Shown: positions 19,601-28,119 of the stretch, one piece after another | Numbering within the stretch: the stretch's first letter is position 1 | How the letters are laid out: every line of letters starts with the position of its first letter | DNA from: Nanobdellati archaeon | GTDB taxonomy: Archaea > EX4484-52 > GLR71 | Direction: 5' to 3' | NCBI GenBank assembly: GCA_019429125.1 | Contig: JAHYJO010000011.1 | Location: forward strand, 1 to 49,959 | DNA length: 49,959 bases | Position numbers and translations under genes: made by a program | The notes under the pieces: model-generated | What the model saw: only the letters and a program-made list of their open reading frames with translations | Databases searched by the model: none | What the model was told of the DNA's origin: nothing

Positions 19601-21983
19601 TTATTGTTCTTTCAACCATTATTGTCATCTGTGTAAGATCTTTTTGTTGTGTATTTATAGGTGCTACAGATAAGTTGAATGCTGTGTTGTCTGGTAAATA
19701 TTCACCATAAAGTGCGGCAATAAATGTGATATTTATTTTTCCAGTTGAGGGTACTGTCACATTTTTATACCAAACAGAACCATAAGTTGGCTGCCAGACA
19801 TTATCAGAATAAATAGGAGATATATCAGATGAAGGAGACAATGTAATTATCTGGTTCCAAGATATTGTATCTCCTGTTGAAGGATTCATATCAGTCTGTA
19901 AAAGCGAGGTCTCGATATAATCTATGTAATCTATATTTTTTCCAGAACTTATTTGAGGAATACCATATAATACGTAAGAATCTTCAATTGCTGAAATAAA
20001 ATCTTTTGCAGTCTGGTTCTCAATCTTATCTCGGTTAAGAACTAATCTGTTTTTTGATGCAGCAAGTGAAGAACCAATATCTTTACCTTCTAAAACATTA
20101 AGGAAAAAATGTTTTGCCACACTTTCTGAGGTTAACCAACTTACTGAGGTTGAACCAATAAATGCGTGAGGACCATTTAAGGTGTTACTGTTTGTCAGCA
20201 TCTTTAAGATTACAGAATCTTGATAATTCCAATCACTTGAATTTTTATTGCCTAGGTCCCATGAATTTTCATTTGTATCATTTCTTGAAATTCTTGCAAA
20301 ATAATCTGATGTTGAGAAAAATAAAATATTATTCTTAAAATTATTAAGTATACCATTATCCCAACAAGATACTACATCATCACTTGTAGATGTGAATGGA
20401 CAAGAATACTCATCATAAAATATGTCTGTAAGATTTGTTGTATTCATATACATTTTTTTATTTGTTCCACCGCCCGCGAAATAAATTATAGAATCTGCAC
20501 TATTGACTATTGAATTAAACATATTTGCGCCGGTTGCAGAACTACCTAAATATATGTTGTTGCTTCCTGCAGGATTTAATATGTTACTGATAAATGTTGC
20601 TGCACTCTGGTATGCTTGCTCCAGTGGTGCAAACACGCTTGAACCTGTGAATTGCAATGACTCGGGTGTGTAATAATTATTGTAAGTTGTAGTGTTGAGG
20701 GAGACTGTGCCTAAAGACCTGTCAATTAAACTTTGCGCATCTGCTGGAGATTTACCTGTCACTATACCCCAGGCAACATCGACAAACGGGTCGTCATCTA
20801 TACTTGAAAAAAGTGTGTTTAGCTTTCGTATCATGTCAGGTGTTACGTACTCTGGATGAAGTATGACTGTGACATATTCGGGTTCGTATGCGGCAAGAAT
20901 TTCTACAAGTGAATTGTCGACTGAGATATCTATTGTGCTCTCGTCGAAGTATATAATTGTTGCTCTGTCAGGTATTGAATAGTAATGTGGGAGATCAATG
21001 CCTTCTGTATACACATAAGAATTGTTGTTTATTGTTGCGTTCATTTTGGTCCCAATCAAATCATAGGATTGATTATAATACATAGATTGTAACGGCATCA
21101 ATATGATGTAAGGTATTTTTTCAGGTTCGGATATGTTTACTGTAACATTCAGGTATGATGTGTTTGTCCAGTTATAGCCGGTGCCAGCATAGGTATCTGC
21201 TGCGGAAAAATAATATTCTAATGTCTCGCCATCATAAGATGCGAGGTTGACAATGCCACTGCAAATGTAACTTGGACTGATTCCTGAACAGAGAAGGGAC
21301 TGATTGCGCCAAACGGGGTTGGTCTGGTTACGGAAGAAGATAAGGCTTGATGTTGTGTTGAGGTTTGGGTCTGTGACATTGACTGAAAAGTTGCCGAAAT
21401 ATTGTGTCATTACTGTTCCGTTTACTGGGTTTGGCGCTGATAAAGTCGGCACTATACCAATTTTTGTTGTAAATGTTGTGGTGTTTGTCTCTGAATTGTT
21501 GTCTGTTGTGGATATTGTCCATGTATGAGAACTGTCATTAAAATTATATGCTGTTGCCGAAAATGATATGTTAAATTCTTGTGTCTCATTACCTGTTGTC
21601 GTATCACACATTATCTTTGAGATGTTGCCAGAGGAGTCTGTCTCATTTGTACAAGTCCAATTTGTAAGAATCACAAGAGTTGACCAATCGATAGAATAAT
21701 TTGCGTAATCTGTTGAATTTACTGGTACTGTGATGTTTGTCTGGTTCAGATAATCATAAGATACATTAGTGATGTTTATTGTAATTGTTATTGTCTCTGT
21801 GCTGTTTGCCTCTGCCAACAGGTCCGAACCTGTTGTGGATATGCATGTGTCTGGCTGGAAGGTATGCAATGCAATTGTCGGTATTTGGAGGACTAATGCT
21901 ACGATTATTAAAACTGCAAAAAATATTGTGTTTAGGTATTTATTTGTCATATCGTAACAATCCAAGAGATTTAAAGCTTGCAC
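16695..21983 (-). CDS. Giant surface glycoprotein (1762 aa): Ig-like domains, C25/gingipain-like domain, helical stalk, TM, basic tail
   Basis: Signal peptide (start probably MTNKYL), many N-x-S/T sequons, Ser/Thr linker, C-terminal TM; C25-like motifs around 19950-21000. Confidence 0.85.
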   Translation of the reverse strand: MQALNLLDCYDMTNKYLNTIFFAVLIIVALVLQIPTIALHTFQPDTCISTTGSDLLAEANSTETITITINITNVSYDYLNQTNITVPVNSTDYANYSIDWSTLVILTNWTCTNETDSSGNISKIMCDTTTGNETQEFNISFSATAYNFNDSSHTWTISTTDNNSETNTTTFTTKIGIVPTLSAPNPVNGTVMTQYFGNFSVNVTDPNLNTTSSLIFFRNQTNPVWRNQSLLCSGISPSYICSGIVNLASYDGETLEYYFSAADTYAGTGYNWTNTSYLNVTVNISEPEKIPYIILMPLQSMYYNQSYDLIGTKMNATINNNSYVYTEGIDLPHYYSIPDRATIIYFDESTIDISVDNSLVEILAAYEPEYVTVILHPEYVTPDMIRKLNTLFSSIDDDPFVDVAWGIVTGKSPADAQSLIDRSLGTVSLNTTTYNNYYTPESLQFTGSSVFAPLEQAYQSAATFISNILNPAGSNNIYLGSSATGANMFNSIVNSADSIIYFAGGGTNKKMYMNTTNLTDIFYDEYSCPFTSTSDDVVSCWDNGILNNFKNNILFFSTSDYFARISRNDTNENSWDLGNKNSSDWNYQDSVILKMLTNSNTLNGPHAFIGSTSVSWLTSESVAKHFFLNVLEGKDIGSSLAASKNRLVLNRDKIENQTAKDFISAIEDSYVLYGIPQISSGKNIDYIDYIETSLLQTDMNPSTGDTISWNQIITLSPSSDISPIYSDNVWQPTYGSVWYKNVTVPSTGKINITFIAALYGEYLPDNTAFNLSVAPINTQQKDLTQMTIMVERTIIDTTTDSTTEQYNQSETLVSNSKIMEDDFKYMLNNKKSVVFAIPYSPNTTLYSSHTTEMNLTFITEGVSIETLSVLGHDVRTNPTTGNNITEQFSLSNPTQFTISNLTIKYPVPTETIYCNVSGLNLLGPCIILSGFALQNISSLPSGRTLYAINYTVDANMITKLYVVYDDEGMPPRGFIDTISVFNYGDNLTINTSIYAASAIDAKIFTEIFFVNGSKNTIVWSNSTVSTIGVSETFIDSTFIDSIWPISANQTLYPKGKYLIKLYALENETSDYIFKKTIYINITDGLDLTISQTAINKDSIDKYLAQETFNFTFTGTVKKKTGKPLNKTVIGVPSVKIYFDNNLVGSAQQLSDENGNMDDTNVNITNPSIGNHTIMIKVFDEFNNIGEKEYFINITNEINSITLNTNATDSTANEEDWITISGSIEGTNNTKVFDAAVNLYIDGAIKANTTSDENGDYSFIWQVPYGDNEKNYNISVDGTSPLNTTKTILNSTNLHIVWLDVTIDPTLPDIGITSTVNISKDVTVTGSVKYSDDMDNESLIDNADITCLIRDLASSSWNDSKYYPDAVNSYGEYSCLFSNLNHTGTYYVKISATHTIDSRVITGYTYQTFKIIYIAPYTDSSSGSTSPSGSLTPSSKPTDTKNNTTDTIETTDNLDIKYNKLIVIKQGTTEYIELTVTNKKTETIYDLYLTLDGVTWSNWYNIINADIVELAPNASATFMVDLNAPDTAQVNDYTINARLTANETDIDETVSFTLKVSFSDTNKIYSLKQLDIIETQIYQYNERIKALISNISDPSIFQKYVGALNATVVGTAKDKIFEAKKLIDESRSLLEAGNTFEALKLKDKAESVIREAEQLISVEESKLSKISSLFKKVLLASFFFIVLIAVLGYMLIPPKVKGTYTPKGDFFNQKIKKKTTLHSFSFKKGTTQKIDNKQERASNNTPIGRTKIDLLHERFKSHLKEHN

Positions 21984-22131
21984 TAGTACATATATTTTGA
22001 ATTTGTGTCATATATATAGGTAATAAAAAAAGAGTTGGGTGATAATTGAACCCCCCCACGGAGCACAAGTAAAATCACTTAATTAAAATTGTGCAGAGGG
22101 GGTATATATAGTTTTTATGTTGTCAATAATA

Positions 22132-22455
22132 TTATCGTATTTTTACTGCTGTGCCGTAAGCTAAAATCTCAGCAGACGCTGTCATGACCATTGATGTCTG
22201 GTACCTTACTGTAACTATTGCATCTGCACCTTGACTTTCTGCATCTTTAATCATTCGTGCTGTTGCCTCATCTCTTGCATCTATAAGCATCTGAGTGTAC
22301 TCTTTAAGTTCGCCACCCACAATCTGGCGCAACCCTGCAATCATGTCTTTGCCGAACCATTTGGCACGGATGGTGCTACCTTTCACAAGACCTAATGTTG
22401 AAATTATTGTCTTCCCTGCAATTTCGTCTGTCGTTGTTATTATCATTTGAATCAC
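22132..22455 (-). CDS. YbjQ/UPF0145 family protein
   Basis: MIITTT..IAGK.I...LGLVKG, GLRQIVGGELKEY and EILAYGTAVK. Confidence 0.95.
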   Translation of the reverse strand: MIQMIITTTDEIAGKTIISTLGLVKGSTIRAKWFGKDMIAGLRQIVGGELKEYTQMLIDARDEATARMIKDAESQGADAIVTVRYQTSMVMTASAEILAYGTAVKIR

Positions 22456-22565
22456 TTTATTTTATTTTAGGGTTGCAGGTATAAAAAGATATATAAATGA
22501 TTATAACACTGTTATACTGTAAGACCTGCAAAATATTAATATCAAACTAAAAAGGTGCGAATCAG

Positions 22566-23501
22566 ATGGGACAAGAAAATGAAACAGCAACAAACATTAC
22601 TCAGAACATTACTGAGCTTATAGGAAATACACCAATGATTAAGATACAGAAGATGGTAGGGGTAGATGATGCTGAGATTTGTGCAAAGCTTGAATGGTTC
22701 AACATAGGTGGTTCTGTTAAAGACAGGATGGCACTTTATATAATCGAAAACGCTGAGAGATCTGGAAAACTTGATAAAGGTAAGACTATACTTGAAGCAA
22801 CATCAGGTAATACAGGAATTTCATATGCTATGATTGCAGCACAAAAAGGATACAAGATGAAGATTGTCATGCCTGAGTCGGTCAGTGTTGAAAGGCGAAA
22901 AATTATCAAGGCGTACGGCTCTGAACTTGTGCTGTCACCTGGCGCTAAAGGTACAGGTGGCGCGGTTGAACTTAAAAGACAGATACTTTCGAAAGATGCT
23001 GAAAGTTATGTTGATCTTGACCAATTTAAGGATCCTGCAAATATACAGGCACATTACGAAACGACAGGTAAAGAGATAATTGACCAGACGGGCGGTAAAA
23101 TTGATATGGTCATTGTCGGTGTGGGTACTGCAGGGACTGGTGTGGGTATTTCTAAAAGATTGAAAGAATTTAATAAAAAGATACAAGTTGTTGGTGTTGT
23201 GCCTCAGCTTGGGTTTTCGGTGCAAGGTCTTAGAAATCCAGCTGAACCTTTTTCTACTGAACTTTATGATAACACATATTTTGACGAGATTGTGGAGATT
23301 ACAGGTGAGATGATACCTGCAACTTTACAGGCAGGGCGTGATCTTGCAAAAAAAGAAGGGCTTTTTGTAGGTATGAGTTCTGGAGCTGGTATGTATGTTG
23401 CAATGAATAAAGCTCGTAAATTGGGAAAAGGTAAAAGAATTGTTGTCATATTTCCAGATAATGGTTATAAGTATTTGAGCACTTGTTTGTTTGAGGAGTA
23501 G
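22566..23501 (+). CDS. PLP-dependent cysteine synthase family protein (CysM/O-phosphoserine sulfhydrylase-like)
   Basis: IGNTP, KLEWFNIGGSVKDR (PLP lysine), EATSGNTG, GVGTAGT, VQGLRN and GMSSGA. Confidence 0.93.
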   Translation: MGQENETATNITQNITELIGNTPMIKIQKMVGVDDAEICAKLEWFNIGGSVKDRMALYIIENAERSGKLDKGKTILEATSGNTGISYAMIAAQKGYKMKIVMPESVSVERRKIIKAYGSELVLSPGAKGTGGAVELKRQILSKDAESYVDLDQFKDPANIQAHYETTGKEIIDQTGGKIDMVIVGVGTAGTGVGISKRLKEFNKKIQVVGVVPQLGFSVQGLRNPAEPFSTELYDNTYFDEIVEITGEMIPATLQAGRDLAKKEGLFVGMSSGAGMYVAMNKARKLGKGKRIVVIFPDNGYKYLSTCLFEE

Positions 23502-23581
23502 TGTTTGAGGTTTTCTACAATAACCCCCACGTATATGAGCTGTTTTATGCACTTTTAGTTTTTTAAAAAATGACACAAACC

Positions 23582-24127
23582 TCATCTGTATTTGTTCCAT
23601 ATACCTTGCAATATTTTTATACCATCTTCGCTGTGGATCCTTACGGATTTAGGGTCTATCTGGATTGCATAAAACGATATGCCTTGTTTTTGAAATGTCA
23701 GCTCAAACTTTTTTGAACCATCACTTTCAAAAGTTTCATTAAAAATTAATTTACCACAATAACCTTGATCCTTAATTACATTTGATGCATATCCAGGCAA
23801 CATTGCATAATCTACTGGAGACAACTCTTGCAAGTCTTTTGAGATTAATTCTACTGTGGGACCTGTATTCAATGAATAATATAATTTGACTGTGCTCAAT
23901 TTGGGAAAACTATGTGGACATGTCTGTGTTCCAGCATCCATCTCTAATTTTTTTGCTACTTCAAGACACGACTTAAGGTAATTAACCTTACCATCTGAGA
24001 TTGGATAAAAATAATCAATTATAGCTCTAATAGTCTGAGGTGAAGAGATATCATTTATACCACTAATATATGGGAGAACACACATAATAACACCATCTTG
24101 CACTGTCCATTTTTTGAGTGATTTCAA
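23582..24127 (-). CDS. Hypothetical protein (~181 aa)
   Basis: Long AT-rich ORF, convergent with the cysteine synthase; no motif recognised. Confidence 0.6.
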   Translation of the reverse strand: MKSLKKWTVQDGVIMCVLPYISGINDISSPQTIRAIIDYFYPISDGKVNYLKSCLEVAKKLEMDAGTQTCPHSFPKLSTVKLYYSLNTGPTVELISKDLQELSPVDYAMLPGYASNVIKDQGYCGKLIFNETFESDGSKKFELTFQKQGISFYAIQIDPKSVRIHSEDGIKILQGIWNKYR

Positions 24128-24399
24128 ACAAAATGTAGTTAATTAAATACCTTCATTTCTTTTGTAATTCAACGTGAAATGTGTATATTAAATAGATCTC
24201 TGCAGGAGTTTATAAACAAACAATATTTAAAAAATATTCAAAATCACTCACTTTTTGAACCGTGCCCACCATCTTATAATATATAGTCTTAAATTAATAA
24301 ATCTGTTGTTTTCTAAAATAATATTGTTTGATTTTGAATAGATTGTATAATTATACACTCAAGTAGTGTCAAAAATCATTAATAGAATACAGATAAATA

Positions 24400-25719
24400 T
24401 CAGCCCATGTTGCCCATCATACCTTTGAACATCTTTGCCATAGGACCGCGCTTCAGCATCTTGCCACTCTTGAATTTCTTCATCATCTTTTTAGTCTGGT
24501 CATAATGTTTTATCAAGTCACGGACTTCTTCTGGCTTTGTCCCGGAACCACCAGCTATGCGCACATATCGGGATCTGTCAAGAATAACTGGTTTCTCACG
24601 CTCTTTCTTTGTCATGGAATCCATCATGTATTTCCATTTTGTCATCTTATCTTCTTGGACATCAAGCATGTCTTTGGGTAGTTTTATGTTACCCATGCCA
24701 GGTATCATCTCAAGCATCTTTGACATAGACCCCATCTTTTTTGTACTCTCTATCTGGTTGTAGAATGTGTTAAGATCAAAATCACCTTTCATTATATCTA
24801 TTGCAGTCTTTGGGTCTATTGCATCTTTTGCTTTCTCAATCAAGGTCTCAAGGTCACCCATACCAAGAAGTCTTGAGACAAAACGTACAGGGTCATAAAG
24901 TTCTATGTCTTCTGGCTTTTCACCATTGCCTAAGAATTTGACGTTGACATCTGCAGCATGACATGCTGAAAGTGCGCCACCACCTTTTGCCGATGAGTCC
25001 ATCTTTGTCACTATGACACCTGTCAACCCTACCAGATCGTTGAAGGTTCTTGCCTGTGTCTCTGCGGTCTGGCCTATGTCACCGCTTATGACAAGGATTT
25101 TTTCATCAGCATCAATTGCCTTGTCAATCTTTTTTAATTCAGATGCAAGCTCGTCATCAATTGCGGAACGGCCTGCAGAGTCTATTATTATTACGTCTTT
25201 TGCTGCGAGAATTTTCATGCCATCTTTTACAATCTTGACAGGGTCTTTTTGTTTTGCATCACCGTAGACGTCTATGTTTATCTGTTTACCTAAGGATTTC
25301 AACTGCTCATAAGCTGCAGGACGCCAGGTGTCGCAAGATATGGCACCCACTGTGAGTCCGTGTTTCTGATAATATTTTGCGATCTTTGCAGTTGTTGTAG
25401 TCTTACCTGACCCGAAAAGACCTAAAAGAAGTATTGTCTGCTTTTCAAGTTTTATTTCTGCTTTTTTTTCGCCCAGAAACTTAACAAGCTCTTCGTAGAC
25501 TATGTTTACCACATGCTCGCGCCTTGTAAGACCGGGTGGTAGATTATCTTTCAGTGCTTTTGTTTTTATGTTTTTTGAAAGTTCAAAGACTAGCTTTACA
25601 TTTACATCTGACTGAATTAGTGAGCGCTGGATGTCTTTTATTAGCGCTTCAACTGCAGTCTTGTCTGCGACGCCTAACTTTGCAAATCTGGATATAGAAT
25701 CTTTGAGCTTGTCAAACAT
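24400..25719 (-). CDS. srp54: Signal recognition particle protein SRP54
   Basis: DIQRSLIQSDVNVKLV, GLFGSGKTTT, DTWRPAA, DSAGR, TKMDSSAKGGGALS and Met-rich M domain with RIAGGSG. Confidence 0.98.
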   Translation of the reverse strand: MFDKLKDSISRFAKLGVADKTAVEALIKDIQRSLIQSDVNVKLVFELSKNIKTKALKDNLPPGLTRREHVVNIVYEELVKFLGEKKAEIKLEKQTILLLGLFGSGKTTTTAKIAKYYQKHGLTVGAISCDTWRPAAYEQLKSLGKQINIDVYGDAKQKDPVKIVKDGMKILAAKDVIIIDSAGRSAIDDELASELKKIDKAIDADEKILVISGDIGQTAETQARTFNDLVGLTGVIVTKMDSSAKGGGALSACHAADVNVKFLGNGEKPEDIELYDPVRFVSRLLGMGDLETLIEKAKDAIDPKTAIDIMKGDFDLNTFYNQIESTKKMGSMSKMLEMIPGMGNIKLPKDMLDVQEDKMTKWKYMMDSMTKKEREKPVILDRSRYVRIAGGSGTKPEEVRDLIKHYDQTKKMMKKFKSGKMLKRGPMAKMFKGMMGNMG

Positions 25720-25784
25720 GATAATAATTATTTAAGAAGTTTTAAATAGATTTTCTGAAAAAGTCAGATATTGTAATGTGTTTA

Positions 25785-26261
25785 TCACTTGTGATATAGT
25801 TCAGGTCGTTCATTAAGAATATCTAATATAGCATCATCTGTTATCTTATCTACAGTTTCTATATACCTGATTATTGTTATGAAATGATTTGTTGCATCTG
25901 ATTTAAGAGAATTATTGAATTTACTAAGCTGGTTTACCTGTTCCGCGAAGATGTCTGAGATTTTATTATGACCATATGCGAAAAAATATAAGTTCCATTC
26001 CTGACGATTTGATATCTCACTGATATTATCTTCAGTAAAACGTATGCTGGGCATAAATTTTCCTGCAGGAGGTCTTAGTTCAAGATTAACTGGATTCTTG
26101 ATAAATACGGAGTTGTAACCTTTAAGATGATTTTTAGGGGTCGCATAATCTATTTTTTTAAGATTACCTACTGTAAGATAATTAGAACATAAGACTAGAA
26201 TAAGTTCTCCTTCAGTTATTCTTTCAGCTTCGTAATTTCTTAAAAATTCTGGGAATTTCAT
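25785..26261 (-). CDS. Hypothetical protein, 158 aa
   Basis: ATG with GGAG RBS and a TTTATAAA box upstream; no motif recognised. Confidence 0.7.
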   Translation of the reverse strand: MKFPEFLRNYEAERITEGELILVLCSNYLTVGNLKKIDYATPKNHLKGYNSVFIKNPVNLELRPPAGKFMPSIRFTEDNISEISNRQEWNLYFFAYGHNKISDIFAEQVNQLSKFNNSLKSDATNHFITIIRYIETVDKITDDAILDILNERPELYHK

Positions 26262-26635
26262 TGATTAACTCCAAAGTGATAACTTTATAAATGTTTGTTA
26301 AGAGGCATTAGAATATGGAAGATTAGAAATTATTATTTCCCAAAAATTAAATTGGTCGTCAATTTGACCACATTGTTTTAATTACGACCACATACTATAC
26401 AAATGTTTTTATACAAATGTTTTGTTTCATTTGATAATTATTGTAAAAATAAAGTTATTTCAATTGAACAGTTATAAACTTTTCAAGAATGTCTCTGTTC
26501 TTTACTTCAGGATAGAACATTAGACTGTATATGTCTTTTATCTTTTAGTTTATCAGTTTTGAGTAAGTATTTAGATCACGAGATTAATTTTTTTCGTCAA
26601 TAAAATATGTTAGTAATTTATGTTGGCAACCAATA

Positions 26636-27316
26636 TCATCTGTCAATCAACTTTGCGGCTTTTATTATGAGGATGCCTGAATTGTATTCTGCTCTTTTTT
26701 CGGAATCTGTGATTTGTATCTTTTTCTTGAAGAAGGGCGCATCTAAGACTGTGGTCTCAAGCTCACCACCTTCACCTGCAGGGTTTATCTCGTATTTGTC
26801 TTTTAAGACGATTAGTTTTTCAATTATTTGTTTGTCTAGTTTTTTTCCTAGCCAAGTCTCGTCAAATGGGTATGCGAAGATGCCTGAAATTATTATGTTG
26901 TAGTCTTTTTCTACAAGCTCGTTTAACAGTTCTACTTGATCTTTCATCCAAAGTGGGTTGATGCATGCGAGGTCTAACTTGTCACAAATTGCTTGTATTC
27001 TTTTTGCTTGATAGATGGATTGTATTGCGCCTGTGACTATGCCCTCCAGATGGTATTTTTCTTTTGCGGTTTTGATTGCTTTTTCAAGGTCTTTCAACTC
27101 TTTTTCTTTTACGCCGTCGGTTTCGACTTTTAGAAGTGGTATGCCTATGGCTTCCGCCTGCAGGTTTGTGATGTTGATGTTGGGGGTGTGAAACATGTAG
27201 CTTTCCTTGTTTTTTGAAATGATGGTGATAAGGCAGACTACTTCTTCTTTTTGCATGGTGATATCTAGTGCATATGTGGAATCTTTGCCACCTGAAAATA
27301 AGACACCCAGTTTCAT
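26636..27316 (-). CDS. dph6: Diphthine--ammonia ligase family PP-loop ATPase
   Basis: LFSGGKDS, SYMFHTPN, GAIQSIYQ, PLW and GEGGELETTVLDAPFF. Confidence 0.92.
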   Translation of the reverse strand: MKLGVLFSGGKDSTYALDITMQKEEVVCLITIISKNKESYMFHTPNINITNLQAEAIGIPLLKVETDGVKEKELKDLEKAIKTAKEKYHLEGIVTGAIQSIYQAKRIQAICDKLDLACINPLWMKDQVELLNELVEKDYNIIISGIFAYPFDETWLGKKLDKQIIEKLIVLKDKYEINPAGEGGELETTVLDAPFFKKKIQITDSEKRAEYNSGILIIKAAKLIDR

Positions 27317-27442
27317 ATAGTTATAATCAGCAAGTAATTATTTAATGTTTTTTGTTGAAATTGATTGTATCAGATGGTATAAATTTGAAATTGTATAATC
27401 TGGAAGGGATTTAATATGGTTGGATATGGTAAAACTTATATA

Positions 27443-27874
27443 ACCTAAATTTGACAGTTTTAAAACTATTTCATTTTGAAAACCTATTTGACAGTTGGTA
27501 ATTATTGAGCATTTTTGCTTGAGTTAATCATGAAATTTATTTATTTTTTACTAAAATATACTAATTTTGGGATAAAAATAAGACTAAATGTCTTTTTTAT
27601 TCCTAATTTTTCTAAATTTTAGCCCAACTGTCAAATTCATTTGGCTAATTTTTGTGAATTTTCTTAATTTTTATTAAAGATTAAATCTGAATTTCAATAT
27701 AGATCAAACAATAATACAATATTTTGACTTGGGTATACAAACTGTCAAATAAAGTATTAAAAAATATGTGAAAAAACGTAATAAACACAATCAATTAACA
27801 TACTAATATCTTTCAAATTCAGTTTTTGAAAAAATGCTAAAAAATAAAAAAGGTCAGAAATGTCAAAGTTGGGC
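27443..27874. mobile_element. MITE-like non-coding element, copy 1 (432 bp)
   Basis: Imperfect terminal inverted repeats ACCTAAATTTGACA / TGTCAAAGTTGGGC, TA on both flanks, internal TTTGACAG motifs; collinear with 40045..40389. Confidence 0.8.
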
Positions 27875-28106
27875 TATAAAAATAAATGATGGTGATAAGG
27901 TACAATATAAATGTCTGGTATGTGGTGACAAAATATTGAGTGCTGACATTTCTGAAAAGCCACCATGGATTATGGCATTTAAAGGATTCATGGATACACA
28001 GAATATTCCTTATTGCCCTAAATGTAATGAGATACCTAAATATAATGGAAACTCTATGAGTTTAACCACACATGAAAAAGAATCTATTATGAACTTTTTA
28101 GTATGA
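27834..28106 (+). CDS. Small zinc-ribbon protein whose N-terminus lies inside the MITE
   Basis: YKCLVCG ... YCPKCN (two CxxC pairs); the first ~14 codons are element sequence. Confidence 0.6.
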   Translation: MLKNKKGQKCQSWAIKINDGDKVQYKCLVCGDKILSADISEKPPWIMAFKGFMDTQNIPYCPKCNEIPKYNGNSMSLTTHEKESIMNFLV

Positions 28107-28119
28107 TTTTTTTTTAAAA

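Noticed and set aside
22036-22066. tRNA fragment (GGTTCAA T-loop-like on the minus strand)
   Set aside because: No cloverleaf, D-arm or acceptor stem can be built.
27443-27874. Replication origin
   Set aside because: AT-rich with inverted motifs, but no ORB/G-string consensus, no cdc6/orc1 nearby, and a second TA-flanked copy fits a MITE better.
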